A stretch of DNA of 61,380 bases, filler included, from 4 parts of 4 records of this genome joined end to end with filler, not necessarily neighbours in it, one strand, 5' to 3'; shown: positions 9,398 to 18,806, counted from the whole stretch's first letter. Notes: a model not told the origin generated them from the sequence alone. Program-made: numbers and translations.

Positions 9398-9658
9398 ATG
9401 AATAATGAGGAGCGCCGCCGCCGCGCCATTGCGCACTTCGCACAAGAGGCCAAAAAGGTGAACGCCAAACTTTCTGAAGAGCAGAAGATGGCGATCGTCG
9501 GATTGACCCCAGAGCTGATGAAAAAGCGGATTGCCGATCCTCTACTCAAGGAGTTGGTTCAGTTGAAATTGGTCGAACAGAAACTTGGAGGGCCCGCGCT
9601 AACCATTCTCGGAAAATTTGTCGCGCGATTGAATGGCGCTCAGGCCTCGTCCTTGTAA
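9398..9658 (+). CDS. Small basic hypothetical protein (possible winged helix)
   Basis: GAGG RBS; 86 aa; ELVQLKLVE...ALTILGK resembles a wHTH wing. Confidence 0.5.
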   Translation: MNNEERRRRAIAHFAQEAKKVNAKLSEEQKMAIVGLTPELMKKRIADPLLKELVQLKLVEQKLGGPALTILGKFVARLNGAQASSL

Positions 9659-9712
9659 ATGAGCGTTGCCCGACGATATTTCCAGCAATGTGATCATACC
9701 TTCCGCATGTTT

Positions 9713-10327
9713 CTACCGCCTTAGAACAGCATATCTCTGAATCGGATTGTTTTTGTTTTCGGGCACGTGCACATATGCGCACAGATATCTTTCTCCCGAA
9801 CTCGTCTCACATTTATCGAGTTTGCTGTTCTTGACCAAATTCAGGAACTCAACCTCTTTCGCAAACCACGCATATTCCGCCCTCTTGGCTTCCAAGCCGA
9901 AGAGCGGTCTAAAGTAAAAATATCCTCCCGTGATCAGAGCCAAGATCAACACAATAAACAGCGCCTGAACGCCAAGGATCGGCCACAGGAGTTTCCGCGC
10001 TTTTTGCGTCATGTTGGCCGTGACAACTTCCGCACATTTCTGCGCCTTCTCTGCTTCCTTATACATTGACGATATGTCGGATTTCACCGTCTCACCGATA
10101 TTGCGCGCAATCGGATCCATAGCCTGTTGCAAAGCAGTCGTTGCCAGACTGGTCTTGGTTGTGACCACAAAGCGATCAACTGCATTGCGCAGCTCAGTCG
10201 CAGCCTGCAGAGAGATTTCCCTGTCCTCGTCAGCAAGCTTCATCATATTGTAGAAAGCTTCCATCGCCTCTTCGAACTCTCTGGAGGTCTTCGAAAATTC
10301 GTTCATTTCCTCTGTACTCGCACTCAA
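9713..10327 (-). CDS. Plasmid mobilisation accessory-like membrane protein
   Basis: Coiled coil, then a single TM helix, then a C-terminal C..G..LC..V...Y.VL pattern seen in plasmid Mob accessory proteins (by recollection). Confidence 0.45.
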   Translation of the reverse strand: MSASTEEMNEFSKTSREFEEAMEAFYNMMKLADEDREISLQAATELRNAVDRFVVTTKTSLATTALQQAMDPIARNIGETVKSDISSMYKEAEKAQKCAEVVTANMTQKARKLLWPILGVQALFIVLILALITGGYFYFRPLFGLEAKRAEYAWFAKEVEFLNLVKNSKLDKCETSSGERYLCAYVHVPENKNNPIQRYAVLRR

Positions 10328-10337
10328 TCTTTAAACC

Positions 10338-11060
10338 TTAGAACCCTATTGAATGGCCTCTGTCGCGTTCTATCCCTTGTGAGCGGCTTCGTGTTCGGCT
10401 CATCACATTCTCACGCTGTAACACTTGTTCATGTTGCAGTTTTTCGAGCTTTTCACGTGTCATCGTGAATTGGCGAATATCGGGCAGCGTCACAAATTTA
10501 AGCGTGCCGGAAGTCGTGCCCCCAACGATGATAAAACCGCCGCTCGTGCCTGTATCACCCTCGACACCATCAACTGCTTTGTAAGCTTGTTGAACCAGTC
10601 CGAGATAATGGCAACATTCTTCACCCGTGATACCACGATCGCGAACAAGTGTGCCCTCAAGAAGGACGTCGACAATGCGCTCGAGCCGCACGGATTTAAG
10701 TTCAGATTGGAAGTCGAGATAGGGTGAACACCGCGTTGCCAGATGCTCTCCGTTGAGTTCACTTTCAATATAAAGGTGTGTTCCTCGAGAAACTTCAAGG
10801 TAGCGGGGATTGTCCTGACTGAGATAGCGCTGAAGAAACGCGAGCTTCTGAGCCTCCTTGGTACCCTTATTGGCACGGCGCTTGAACTCAAGTAGATAAT
10901 AGACGTCCGGCATACCGATCAGCACATCGGCCAGTGACTTGTCCATTGGGGTTTGTTGAAGAAGATTAATATTAGTGGGCATACTGAACGCTTTCTGTCC
11001 GGCACGAAAGCCAAGCGCGTAGATAAAGCCGCCGATGACGACATTTTCGTAGATATCCAT
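10338..11060 (-). CDS. PD-(D/E)XK nuclease-like protein with Arg-rich C-terminal tail
   Basis: E (YENVV) ... ADVL ... LLEFKR nuclease-like motif; tail RENVMSRTRSRSQGIERDRGHSIGF; GAGG RBS before ATG 11060. Confidence 0.5.
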   Translation of the reverse strand: MDIYENVVIGGFIYALGFRAGQKAFSMPTNINLLQQTPMDKSLADVLIGMPDVYYLLEFKRRANKGTKEAQKLAFLQRYLSQDNPRYLEVSRGTHLYIESELNGEHLATRCSPYLDFQSELKSVRLERIVDVLLEGTLVRDRGITGEECCHYLGLVQQAYKAVDGVEGDTGTSGGFIIVGGTTSGTLKFVTLPDIRQFTMTREKLEKLQHEQVLQRENVMSRTRSRSQGIERDRGHSIGF

Positions 11061-11131
11061 TGGATCCTCAGGAAAGGGGGCGCAGCGCAAGACTGGAGAA
11101 ATGGAATCACCCCAAGCAGCCGCCTGAAGGC

Positions 11132-11740
11132 TTAACTGGCGAGAAGCTTTTTAAGGTTATCCCAGTTCCATCGATAGAGTTGACCTGCATCGGGCACACG
11201 CGTGTAATTACCGGCTTTATAACCGATCATTTGTATGATTTTGATGTTGCGGGCTCTAGCCATTCGAATTTCCTTGAGAACTCCCTGCGCTTTCCATGTG
11301 TGAGGGCCCACCAGAACGAGCACAAGGTCAGAACGAGCGATCGCCGCATCTGCTTTGCGTTCCCAGTCTTTCTCCGGTGCAGCTTCTTTCAGTGATAGAT
11401 CGACAATTTCAAAGGGTGAATCAGGCAGCCTAGACTGACCAATAATGAAGGTCTTCAGCATCCTGTCATTGTCAAAGTCGAAGCTCACAAAGACTTTCTT
11501 CTTCGCCATCTCATTCTCCTGTGACGTTTTTCCAAACAGATATCCAAATGCTCCACCAACAAATAAACCGACCCCTGGAGCAAGTGCATGACCAATCACA
11601 CTCCCGACGCCAGTTGCAATCGTCAGTCCCGCAGATTTCTGATCAAAGGTACCCTGATGAGATCGGCAAAATCGATCATCGCTCACTGCGATCTTGTGGC
11701 AGCGACGGCCCGATCTGGTCTTGGCTTCACATTGTGCCAT
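11132..11740 (-). CDS. TIR-domain protein with N-terminal CCCH Zn-knuckle and glycine-zipper TM segment; internal start at 11509
   Basis: CEAKTRSGRRCHKIAVSDDRFCRSH, then GVGSVIGHALAPGVGLFVGGAFGYLFG, then the TIR (KKVFVSFDFDND...GVLKEI). An AGGAGA RBS precedes the in-frame ATG at 11509. Confidence 0.8.
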   Translation of the reverse strand: MAQCEAKTRSGRRCHKIAVSDDRFCRSHQGTFDQKSAGLTIATGVGSVIGHALAPGVGLFVGGAFGYLFGKTSQENEMAKKKVFVSFDFDNDRMLKTFIIGQSRLPDSPFEIVDLSLKEAAPEKDWERKADAAIARSDLVLVLVGPHTWKAQGVLKEIRMARARNIKIIQMIGYKAGNYTRVPDAGQLYRWNWDNLKKLLAS

Positions 11741-11778
11741 AATAACCTGAACACCATTTGATCCCTGCAAAGGCCATG

Positions 11779-12363
11779 CTATTCACCAGCCCATTTCGAA
11801 AAATGGGTGTACCCATCATCGGCGATCCATCGGTAAGTCGGAAAGTTCATCTGCGACAAAGGCATAATCCTGCCATGTAAACCCGCAGGTACAGGCGTTG
11901 ATCGGTTCCAGCGATCAAGTTCAGCAAAAACAGACCAGCCATTCTTTCCCGCGACATAGGGGGTCATCGAGCGGCCGTCCTCTGAAAACCCAAGGGCCGT
12001 GTATTCAAACGGGTTTACACCAAGTGCCTTGGTTTGCCGATCTCGTCCCCGAATTTCATTGATATGAACACCAAACAGGTAGTTGCCTTTTGCTATACTC
12101 TTGAACATCTCATAGTGCACCCATTGACGCGCATAGGTCTGCGAACCAATCAACACGCAGGTACAGGAAGTATTTGTCAGACCGGCATTGATCAGGCGTT
12201 TGATGGCCAAATTGCTGTCTTTCCTGGCCTCTTCCCAAACTGAAGCATCAAAGAAGCCTGCTTCCCCGCGGTTCGGTTTGGTCATCCAATGATTGCGCAC
12301 GACATTGGCGCGGAAATCCGCAACATCCTGATAGTGGAACGAGAAGAAAACGCGTTTGGCCAT
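11779..12363 (-). CDS. ThsB-like TIR-domain protein
   Basis: MAKRVFFSFHYQDV, GFFDASVWE and NTSCTCVLIGSQTYARQWVHYEM: a canonical Thoeris TIR. Confidence 0.92.
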   Translation of the reverse strand: MAKRVFFSFHYQDVADFRANVVRNHWMTKPNRGEAGFFDASVWEEARKDSNLAIKRLINAGLTNTSCTCVLIGSQTYARQWVHYEMFKSIAKGNYLFGVHINEIRGRDRQTKALGVNPFEYTALGFSEDGRSMTPYVAGKNGWSVFAELDRWNRSTPVPAGLHGRIMPLSQMNFPTYRWIADDGYTHFSKWAGE

Positions 12364-13026
12364 TCAGACCTCCCCACTGGACTGATCAGAAATGATGGGA
12401 GCAGGAATGGTTACGGCCCGACGCTTGAAGTCGCGTGCGTCTAACGGCGAAATGCCAAGCCGCTCGTGGAAAAGATGAGAAAAATCACACCCTTCAATCA
12501 TCGGTCCGTCTTCGGCATTCAGTGAAAGCGCCAATTTACGTGCCGCCCCCCCCGCAGCACCAACCGGGACCGTTTGTATGTCGGGATGATAGCTTGTTAT
12601 CAGCTCAAACTCATCGAGAATGCCTTGTTTACCACCGATGAACACTGCTGCTTCAAATGCGGTTTCGCCAAACATGCGTTCCCGCATATGCCGCAGGCTT
12701 GCAGAAAGATCTGGCTTTCCGTCCGCATCCGAAATCGTATCTGTCACAACGATATTGTTGAAACGAGCATTCTCATCAGGAAACTCGTCTTCAAAATATC
12801 CGCTCTGATAGAGCTTAACCGCCTCGGCGTAATCGACACCCAAGTCTTCACATACCGTCCAAACCATTGGGGTGATGGCCGGATGCCCACCCCAGACAAG
12901 CTGGCACCGACCCAATACGGTGGTCATAAACTCGCGCACAGCGAATTGGATCAGATAGGGATCGGCGTCAGTCGCAAATTCACTTGTTGGCTCAGGAACA
13001 CTGGCCGAGAGAAACACAGCCTTCAT
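12364..13026 (-). CDS. Stand-alone SLOG-domain protein (cluster-3 type; ThcA-like)
   Basis: VFLSASVP, LVWGGHPAITP, LYQSGYF, SLRHMRERM, AVFIGGKQGILDEF and GAAGGAA are typical SLOG motifs; translationally coupled to the TIR genes on both sides. Confidence 0.85.
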   Translation of the reverse strand: MKAVFLSASVPEPTSEFATDADPYLIQFAVREFMTTVLGRCQLVWGGHPAITPMVWTVCEDLGVDYAEAVKLYQSGYFEDEFPDENARFNNIVVTDTISDADGKPDLSASLRHMRERMFGETAFEAAVFIGGKQGILDEFELITSYHPDIQTVPVGAAGGAARKLALSLNAEDGPMIEGCDFSHLFHERLGISPLDARDFKRRAVTIPAPIISDQSSGEV

Positions 13027-14183
13027 TACCGATCTCCTTCGTGATAATCGGCCAATTGCCATGCGGTTTCATGCAACTTGATATATCGAACCGGCGCAAT
13101 CATCTTCTGAAGCCAATCGATATGTCCTTTCGAGTGTTCATGTAATCCTACCTCGTCATAGACTACGACGGCTTCGTCAGGTGATTGTTTCATCACTTCG
13201 TGCAAGTGCAACGAGGTCGGGACTCTTATGGTTGGATGCAGAACACACTTTCGACCGTCGGCAAGTTCAAGCAGGATCGAATGACCAGAACCTTTGCCAA
13301 GGACCTGTCCACCGATCATTTCGACGCTTTCACGGATCTTGCTGTAGAAATTCAAACCACGAACCGCATGGCTTTTGCTGCGAAGTGCCTCAATATCCTG
13401 ACAAAGTTCGTCAAGACAACCTGCATTAAGCTGCTGACCATCAGGTTCAAAATGGTCACTGGTCAGCGTACGCACGCTGTGAGCCGCATGTTGGCGAGAC
13501 GGTGTATGGTCTGGCCAACCAATTCGGTAAATTGGGATTTGCTTGGCCAGGGCCCGGCCAAACTCGGCCGACGTCCACCGGCTGTCGAAATAGTCGGGCG
13601 TATCGAGCACAACCAGAACATCACTGTCGCACAGATTATGCCAGAGCATCGCCTGAAAATCCTCACCAGGCGCGATTTCATGGGTATCGAGAAAGACGTC
13701 GAAGACACGAGAGGATAGCGCATCGAACAATTGCAAGGCGGCTGCACGTGATTCCGTGCGTCGATAGCTCAGAAACACGCGACGCTGGCGCGACATAAGT
13801 CCAACCGCCTCCAGCAGTGCGGTCACCACGCGTCCCATACCCTGTTCGGGTTCATCAATACCAACGGCATTCAAAGGCTGCAAGACGCCAGGAAGTTCAA
13901 GAGTGGCGCCCCGGAGAAGGCTCACCACAGGTATGCATGGGACACCGTGATCTAGGATCCTTTTGACGTCTTGCTCAGCTGCCCCAACGGCACCAAAATA
14001 GACCATCGTCGTCGCGATCCGCGGATCATGGGTGTATTCGGCGGATGGGTAGTTGATTTCCACCTCTCCTCCGAGAGCCAGACCAAACGGTCTCAAGTGC
14101 TCAGCCAAACGTCCCGTTAATTCGGTAAGCTGAACTGGCGTAGGTGTACCTCTACATAAAATCCGGTAAAGCACGTTCGTCAT
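13026..14183 (-). CDS. Multi-domain TIR protein (central TIR_2)
   Basis: RRVFLSYRRTES, FDVFLDTHEIAPGEDFQ and SDVLVVLDTPDYFDSRWTSAEF; uncharacterised N- and C-terminal domains. Confidence 0.88.
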   Translation of the reverse strand: MTNVLYRILCRGTPTPVQLTELTGRLAEHLRPFGLALGGEVEINYPSAEYTHDPRIATTMVYFGAVGAAEQDVKRILDHGVPCIPVVSLLRGATLELPGVLQPLNAVGIDEPEQGMGRVVTALLEAVGLMSRQRRVFLSYRRTESRAAALQLFDALSSRVFDVFLDTHEIAPGEDFQAMLWHNLCDSDVLVVLDTPDYFDSRWTSAEFGRALAKQIPIYRIGWPDHTPSRQHAAHSVRTLTSDHFEPDGQQLNAGCLDELCQDIEALRSKSHAVRGLNFYSKIRESVEMIGGQVLGKGSGHSILLELADGRKCVLHPTIRVPTSLHLHEVMKQSPDEAVVVYDEVGLHEHSKGHIDWLQKMIAPVRYIKLHETAWQLADYHEGDR

Positions 14184-14199
14184 CACACTATCCAAAATA

Positions 14200-14700
14200 C
14201 TATCGAAGATAGAACCCTTTAGTGGTTCCCGGTTCAAAACGGCCCAGACCTCCTCCAGGCACTTCTTCAATCCGTTGATACAGTCCTAAATACTCGTTCC
14301 CGTGTGTTTGGAAACTATCAGTTGTGGGAATAATCAGTATATTTTTTCGGGATTTCGCCCCATTGGCATACCCAATTTCCCAAGGGCACCATTTTGATTC
14401 CGACGAATTTCGAGTTGCCAGATAGAGAAAATGCGATCGAGTTTTAATTTGTTCTTGAATGCGAGTTGCCGTTTCTACGGTAGGTCGTTCTGGCATGTCT
14501 TCGTCCAACCAGTCGATGTAAACATCCCAACCTAGCCGCTCCGCATAGTTGCGAAAACCGATCGCTAAACTACGATCATAATGGCTATGACACAAAAACG
14601 CCGTTTGAGTCCCTGCTACAACGGCTCCATGAAAGCTCCGACGAACAGTAGTTGATGACGCTTGAGCATTCTGACGTAGAGTATCTTGTGAAATTGCCAT
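14200..14700 (-). CDS. TIR-domain protein (TIR_2)
   Basis: AFLCHSHYD, DVYIDWLD and FLYLATRNSSESKWCPWEIGYA. Confidence 0.88.
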   Translation of the reverse strand: MAISQDTLRQNAQASSTTVRRSFHGAVVAGTQTAFLCHSHYDRSLAIGFRNYAERLGWDVYIDWLDEDMPERPTVETATRIQEQIKTRSHFLYLATRNSSESKWCPWEIGYANGAKSRKNILIIPTTDSFQTHGNEYLGLYQRIEEVPGGGLGRFEPGTTKGFYLR

Positions 14701-15030
14701 TTCCCAGCCTTCTCGTTTGATTATGGACTGGACCCTATGCGGGCAGCCACAACTTACAACCGAGTATAATTCAAACTTCGAACTAATAGCTGCAGGGGAT
14801 TACCCCCTCTTAAGGGTGATCGGATTAAGCAAAGGAAGGGCCACAGGTTTATTATGTGAGTTTTTTTTAAGAGCTATCTCTGAGAGCATTGCTTGGAAGT
14901 GTCCGCATGCAAATTTTACATCCAACTTGCTACTCTATGTCGAAGAACAATTCTGAGTAATCAAAACGAAGGCAGCAAATAGGACAGAAATTAAAGAATT
15001 AGCGTAACTGCTCTATCAGTGAGTGCACTA

Positions 15031-18000
15031 TTAAGCACTTGTATCCGCCACAGAGGTTTCTGGAGAGAGACCAGCAGTAGGTTGGATTGACCACTCAACC
15101 CCTTCGTGACCAACGCCTAATAAGTTCAGAGTAGTGCAAGGAACCTTGCGGGAGCGGAATTTTCTCCGAAGGAATTCAGCTTGACCGATATCATGAGTAG
15201 ATAGAATAATTTGATACCCTTCTTCTTTTGCCAAATTGCCCATCAGATCCGCAAAAGCGGCTGAATGTATGGAATCGTTGTGCTGAAGAGGATCGTCAAG
15301 GATGAGCGCTTTCCATTTTGACCACTGGAACGTAAGGCTCGCTGCACAAAGCATACTCACGGCCAACGCAGACAACTGTCCTTCGCTATGAATTAGCTTT
15401 GGATCAACACTCTCTGAAATTAATTTCCCTTTTACAGCTCGTTGTTTGATCTTTCTTCCTTTTACTTCCAAATCAATGCCTACGTCCCGGTCACATAATA
15501 TCGCTTGATTTATGTTTTTCATTAACTTGCTTAACGGAAGAATATACTCTTTATTAAATTCTGAGAGAGATTTTGAGATCTTTTGGCTAGCCGACTTTGC
15601 GATCTCTTTTACATAATTTGTTGCCTTTACATCTTCATCTAGTTTTTGAAGATATTTTTTTGCACGCATTAACGTCTCGTCTCTCTCAAAGTTTGGGGAA
15701 AGATCGATAGCCTTGCGGATTCTTTGTAAAATCGCTTCGTGGGTTTCTCGCCATTTTAAAACGTTCTCATTTTCGCGTAAACGTTCAAGGCGCAGCTTTA
15801 TTTCGTCGAAGAGTTGATTAATCTCGGTAATCTCTTTGCTCTTTTTATGCAGCGAGGAGCTATTAGCTTCCAAACCGTAATCACGAAGCCCGCGCCAACG
15901 ACTTTCAATTTCTTGTAGCAACACCTCTTTCTCTTTCTGATTGTCTTGAATCGTTTTTAGCCTTGCTTCAACAGCGGCTTTTTCTTCTAACTGTGTACTT
16001 AATTTACTACGTGCTTCGGAGAGCGTCTTATCTGCTGTTCTCAAGTCGTCCTGCGCCAAAGCGAGTTCAAAGTCCGCTTCGATCCACAATGCATACACAC
16101 CATTTTGAGATTCTAGTTTCTCATCATTTTCAAGATTCAAACGAGCACGTTCTAAACGGTTAGATGCTTGCTCACACTCCTTGGAGGCTTGCTCCAAATC
16201 TCGAACTGATTTAGTGAGATCGTCTTCAGATTGTTGAAGTTCATCCCTCAAGTGTCTGATACTGCTATCTCCAGAAAACCCAGTTTTTATTACCGTTAGC
16301 CAATGCCTTTTCCTGTTCAATTTTTTAGTTGCGCGGTTCATATGTTCAGCCAGCTCACTTTGTACTGCCGACAGCTTCTCGATAGACGCTTGCTCAGTCC
16401 AATCGAGCTGCCTCAGTAATTCGTCGAGCCTGCCTCGCTGAGTTTTCAATTGCTCTTGAGCCAACGCGAGTTCACTGGAAGCCGCTTCCAAACGTGCAAC
16501 CTCTGAGGACCAATGATCTTGATCCTCGATCATTGATGCTAACAGCTCCTCTTCCCTTACAAGAGTTGGGGCCAATCTCTCGACAGCATTATCAATGCGC
16601 TCTCGCAAGCCGGAAGCATCTTTGAACTGCGTTGCGCAAAGCGGACATTCACACGCCTCACTGGACAACTCGATGGCTAATGTGGCAATTGCCTGTGAAA
16701 TTGCGTCAACCGTTCCACGCATATTCTCCACGACTTCTGTTTGTTGGTCGACGGCACCAGTTATGTTCTCAAGCCCGTTTTTCGTATCGAGAAGTCGTTG
16801 CTCTGTAGCCGGATTGGACTGAAGCAAAATTGTATAGTTTTCGGAACACATTTTGACATGTTCCATGCAAGCGATAGCCTCGGAGAGAAGAGAAATACGT
16901 GTGTGAGCTTTCGTGATCTCGTGACTGTATTCTTCTATATCCGTGGATAGCCGACGAATAATCTCCATCCGACGAATTGCGCGACTGTAATTCGCCTGAG
17001 CTTTGTCACGGCTTTTTCTAGCACTGAATACTCTATCCTGAGTTATGTGCACGCCTGCTGCAAACTGAGAATATTCGTTTGAGCCTTTATATACAGCACC
17101 TAGCCGTTCAGATTTTTTTTGCGCTTTTTGCATACTTTCAGTGAGCCGCTCCACTTGCAACTCGCTTTCATGTACTTCTCTCTGGCAGGCGTTGAGGCGC
17201 CCATTCAAAGAAGCCAGCGCTTTCTCGACCTGATTGCTAGACGCAACAAGTTCTTCAATCTCTGCAACTACATGTCCCTGTCGTGCGATTAGGTTTTCCC
17301 CAAGTACTGTTTGATGTCGAACTTGGACGCACCAAACTTCGAGTTTTTCTATTGCTTGCTCTATAACCTCCCTAGACAAATTGCCCTTTGTGAGTTGAGC
17401 GTTGTCGTAAAAAAGTAAATTTTCCGAGCATTGATTTAGTGTAAAGGCAATTTCCCTGAGTTCTCTCTCTACAAAGCTTTCGTCGAGCCCTCCTAAGGAG
17501 CTGATGTCATTCCAATAACGTTGTTCCTGCTCGATAAGAGACTCCAGCGGGCCCTTCTCAGCCTCTATCCGATCGATCTCGGCTTTATAGGCGCGTACAA
17601 CGCTATCATTACGTTGCCCATAGAAATTATCAGCTATGGCCTGAATAGAAGCACTTTGGGCAGCTTCGTGCAGAATTTCAAAACCACGCTTAGGATCCTG
17701 ATTCGTTAGCCTTGACATGGTGGTCTGGCCAAGGAAATGAGTCAGTAGTAAATAGGACCCGATATCAGAAATTTTGCTCTGCCACTCTGGTGCACGCAAG
17801 AACTCAACGATGTCAGACACATCCCCAGAGAGTCTAGATTTGTTATTGCCGTGAGCTGCCAACTCTCTCGTAATAATTTTACTCTTTTGTCCATCAGAGA
17901 AGGCCAAAGCGACACTAGTTGCTTCGGTACTGTCATTCCCACGTCGACAAAGATATCTCTCTGGCTTATCTGCGCCAGCGACTCTTTCGAATTGATCAAT

Positions 18001-18165
18001 ACTGCCCGCCAAACTCCACTCTAAGGCGTTGAAGAGCGATGATTTCCCTATTCCATTACTGCCATGAACGATAAGAACTCCCGGTTCAGGCGGCAGGTCT
18101 ATATCAAGATGTGAAAAGCTCCTAAACTGTTGGAGGCGGATGTTTTGAAGGTATAATGAGGTCAC
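15031..18165 (-). CDS. lmuB: SMC/Rad50-like ABC ATPase (Lamassu LmuB / ABC-3C sensor)
   Basis: Walker A GSNGIGKSS, long coiled coils, CPLC zinc hook, signature HSEGQ, Walker B LILDDPLQHND and STHD. Confidence 0.85.
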   Translation of the reverse strand: MTSLYLQNIRLQQFRSFSHLDIDLPPEPGVLIVHGSNGIGKSSLFNALEWSLAGSIDQFERVAGADKPERYLCRRGNDSTEATSVALAFSDGQKSKIITRELAAHGNNKSRLSGDVSDIVEFLRAPEWQSKISDIGSYLLLTHFLGQTTMSRLTNQDPKRGFEILHEAAQSASIQAIADNFYGQRNDSVVRAYKAEIDRIEAEKGPLESLIEQEQRYWNDISSLGGLDESFVERELREIAFTLNQCSENLLFYDNAQLTKGNLSREVIEQAIEKLEVWCVQVRHQTVLGENLIARQGHVVAEIEELVASSNQVEKALASLNGRLNACQREVHESELQVERLTESMQKAQKKSERLGAVYKGSNEYSQFAAGVHITQDRVFSARKSRDKAQANYSRAIRRMEIIRRLSTDIEEYSHEITKAHTRISLLSEAIACMEHVKMCSENYTILLQSNPATEQRLLDTKNGLENITGAVDQQTEVVENMRGTVDAISQAIATLAIELSSEACECPLCATQFKDASGLRERIDNAVERLAPTLVREEELLASMIEDQDHWSSEVARLEAASSELALAQEQLKTQRGRLDELLRQLDWTEQASIEKLSAVQSELAEHMNRATKKLNRKRHWLTVIKTGFSGDSSIRHLRDELQQSEDDLTKSVRDLEQASKECEQASNRLERARLNLENDEKLESQNGVYALWIEADFELALAQDDLRTADKTLSEARSKLSTQLEEKAAVEARLKTIQDNQKEKEVLLQEIESRWRGLRDYGLEANSSSLHKKSKEITEINQLFDEIKLRLERLRENENVLKWRETHEAILQRIRKAIDLSPNFERDETLMRAKKYLQKLDEDVKATNYVKEIAKSASQKISKSLSEFNKEYILPLSKLMKNINQAILCDRDVGIDLEVKGRKIKQRAVKGKLISESVDPKLIHSEGQLSALAVSMLCAASLTFQWSKWKALILDDPLQHNDSIHSAAFADLMGNLAKEEGYQIILSTHDIGQAEFLRRKFRSRKVPCTTLNLLGVGHEGVEWSIQPTAGLSPETSVADTSA

Positions 18166-18806
18166 TTCCCTTTCCTCCAGGCATCAACAAGTTTAGGGAT
18201 CATAAGGAGAGGCCGGTCATTGAACTTTCGGGCATGCTCAACCCATTGTTTCGCTGTTTTTGCAGATAAGCCCTCCCCGATTAGGACCCGTTCAACTAAG
18301 CCTTGATTGTGATCTAGAGGCGCGTTATTGACCATGTCGTTCTTCCGCCAAGGGCGGGCCAAAAACGTGCGCGAAATCAGTTCTGCGCAAGAAAACCCCT
18401 CCTTATCACCAGCCGTCCAGACCAATTTTCGGCAAACAGCCTCATCTCGCTCAATCAGATCAATCAAGACACGCCAATCCGAGGCTTCGTCAATGACTGT
18501 GCCACGCAGTATAAGGTGGGTGTTAATGACTTGGTTCGCTTCCATATAGGAGCGCGCGATAACGACTTGATTGTGAAACTGTTTGATTGCTTGCTTTACT
18601 TGGTCAGTCTCACGCAAATCTATCTCACCGGCAAGCACAGGATAATCTCCGAGCTGAAGGCCGACTACCTTGCCAGGAAGCACAACATCCGCAGTGCCTT
18701 CTCGTCCTTTAAACTGTTTGCTGGCATAATCTGGCATCGGCTTAGTTTTCCAGCCGAGAGCTCGAGATGTGCTGATCAGTTCGTCACAGAACTTTTCAAG
18801 ACTCAT
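18162..18806 (-). CDS. ABC-three-component middle component (LmuC-like)
   Basis: 214 aa with 4-nt overlaps to both neighbours; IERDEAVCRKLVW motif; position between the effector and the SMC. Confidence 0.7.
   Translation of the reverse strand: MSLEKFCDELISTSRALGWKTKPMPDYASKQFKGREGTADVVLPGKVVGLQLGDYPVLAGEIDLRETDQVKQAIKQFHNQVVIARSYMEANQVINTHLILRGTVIDEASDWRVLIDLIERDEAVCRKLVWTAGDKEGFSCAELISRTFLARPWRKNDMVNNAPLDHNQGLVERVLIGEGLSAKTAKQWVEHARKFNDRPLLMIPKLVDAWRKGK

Noticed and set aside
14808-14819. TCTTAAGGGTGA identical to 39-50
   Set aside because: A single 12-mer match is expected by chance in 22 kb; there is no flanking similarity.
15031-18165. SbcC/RecN repair ATPase or Wadjet JetC call
   Set aside because: No sbcD or jetABD neighbours; the effector-middle-ATPase coupling fits Lamassu/ABC-3C.
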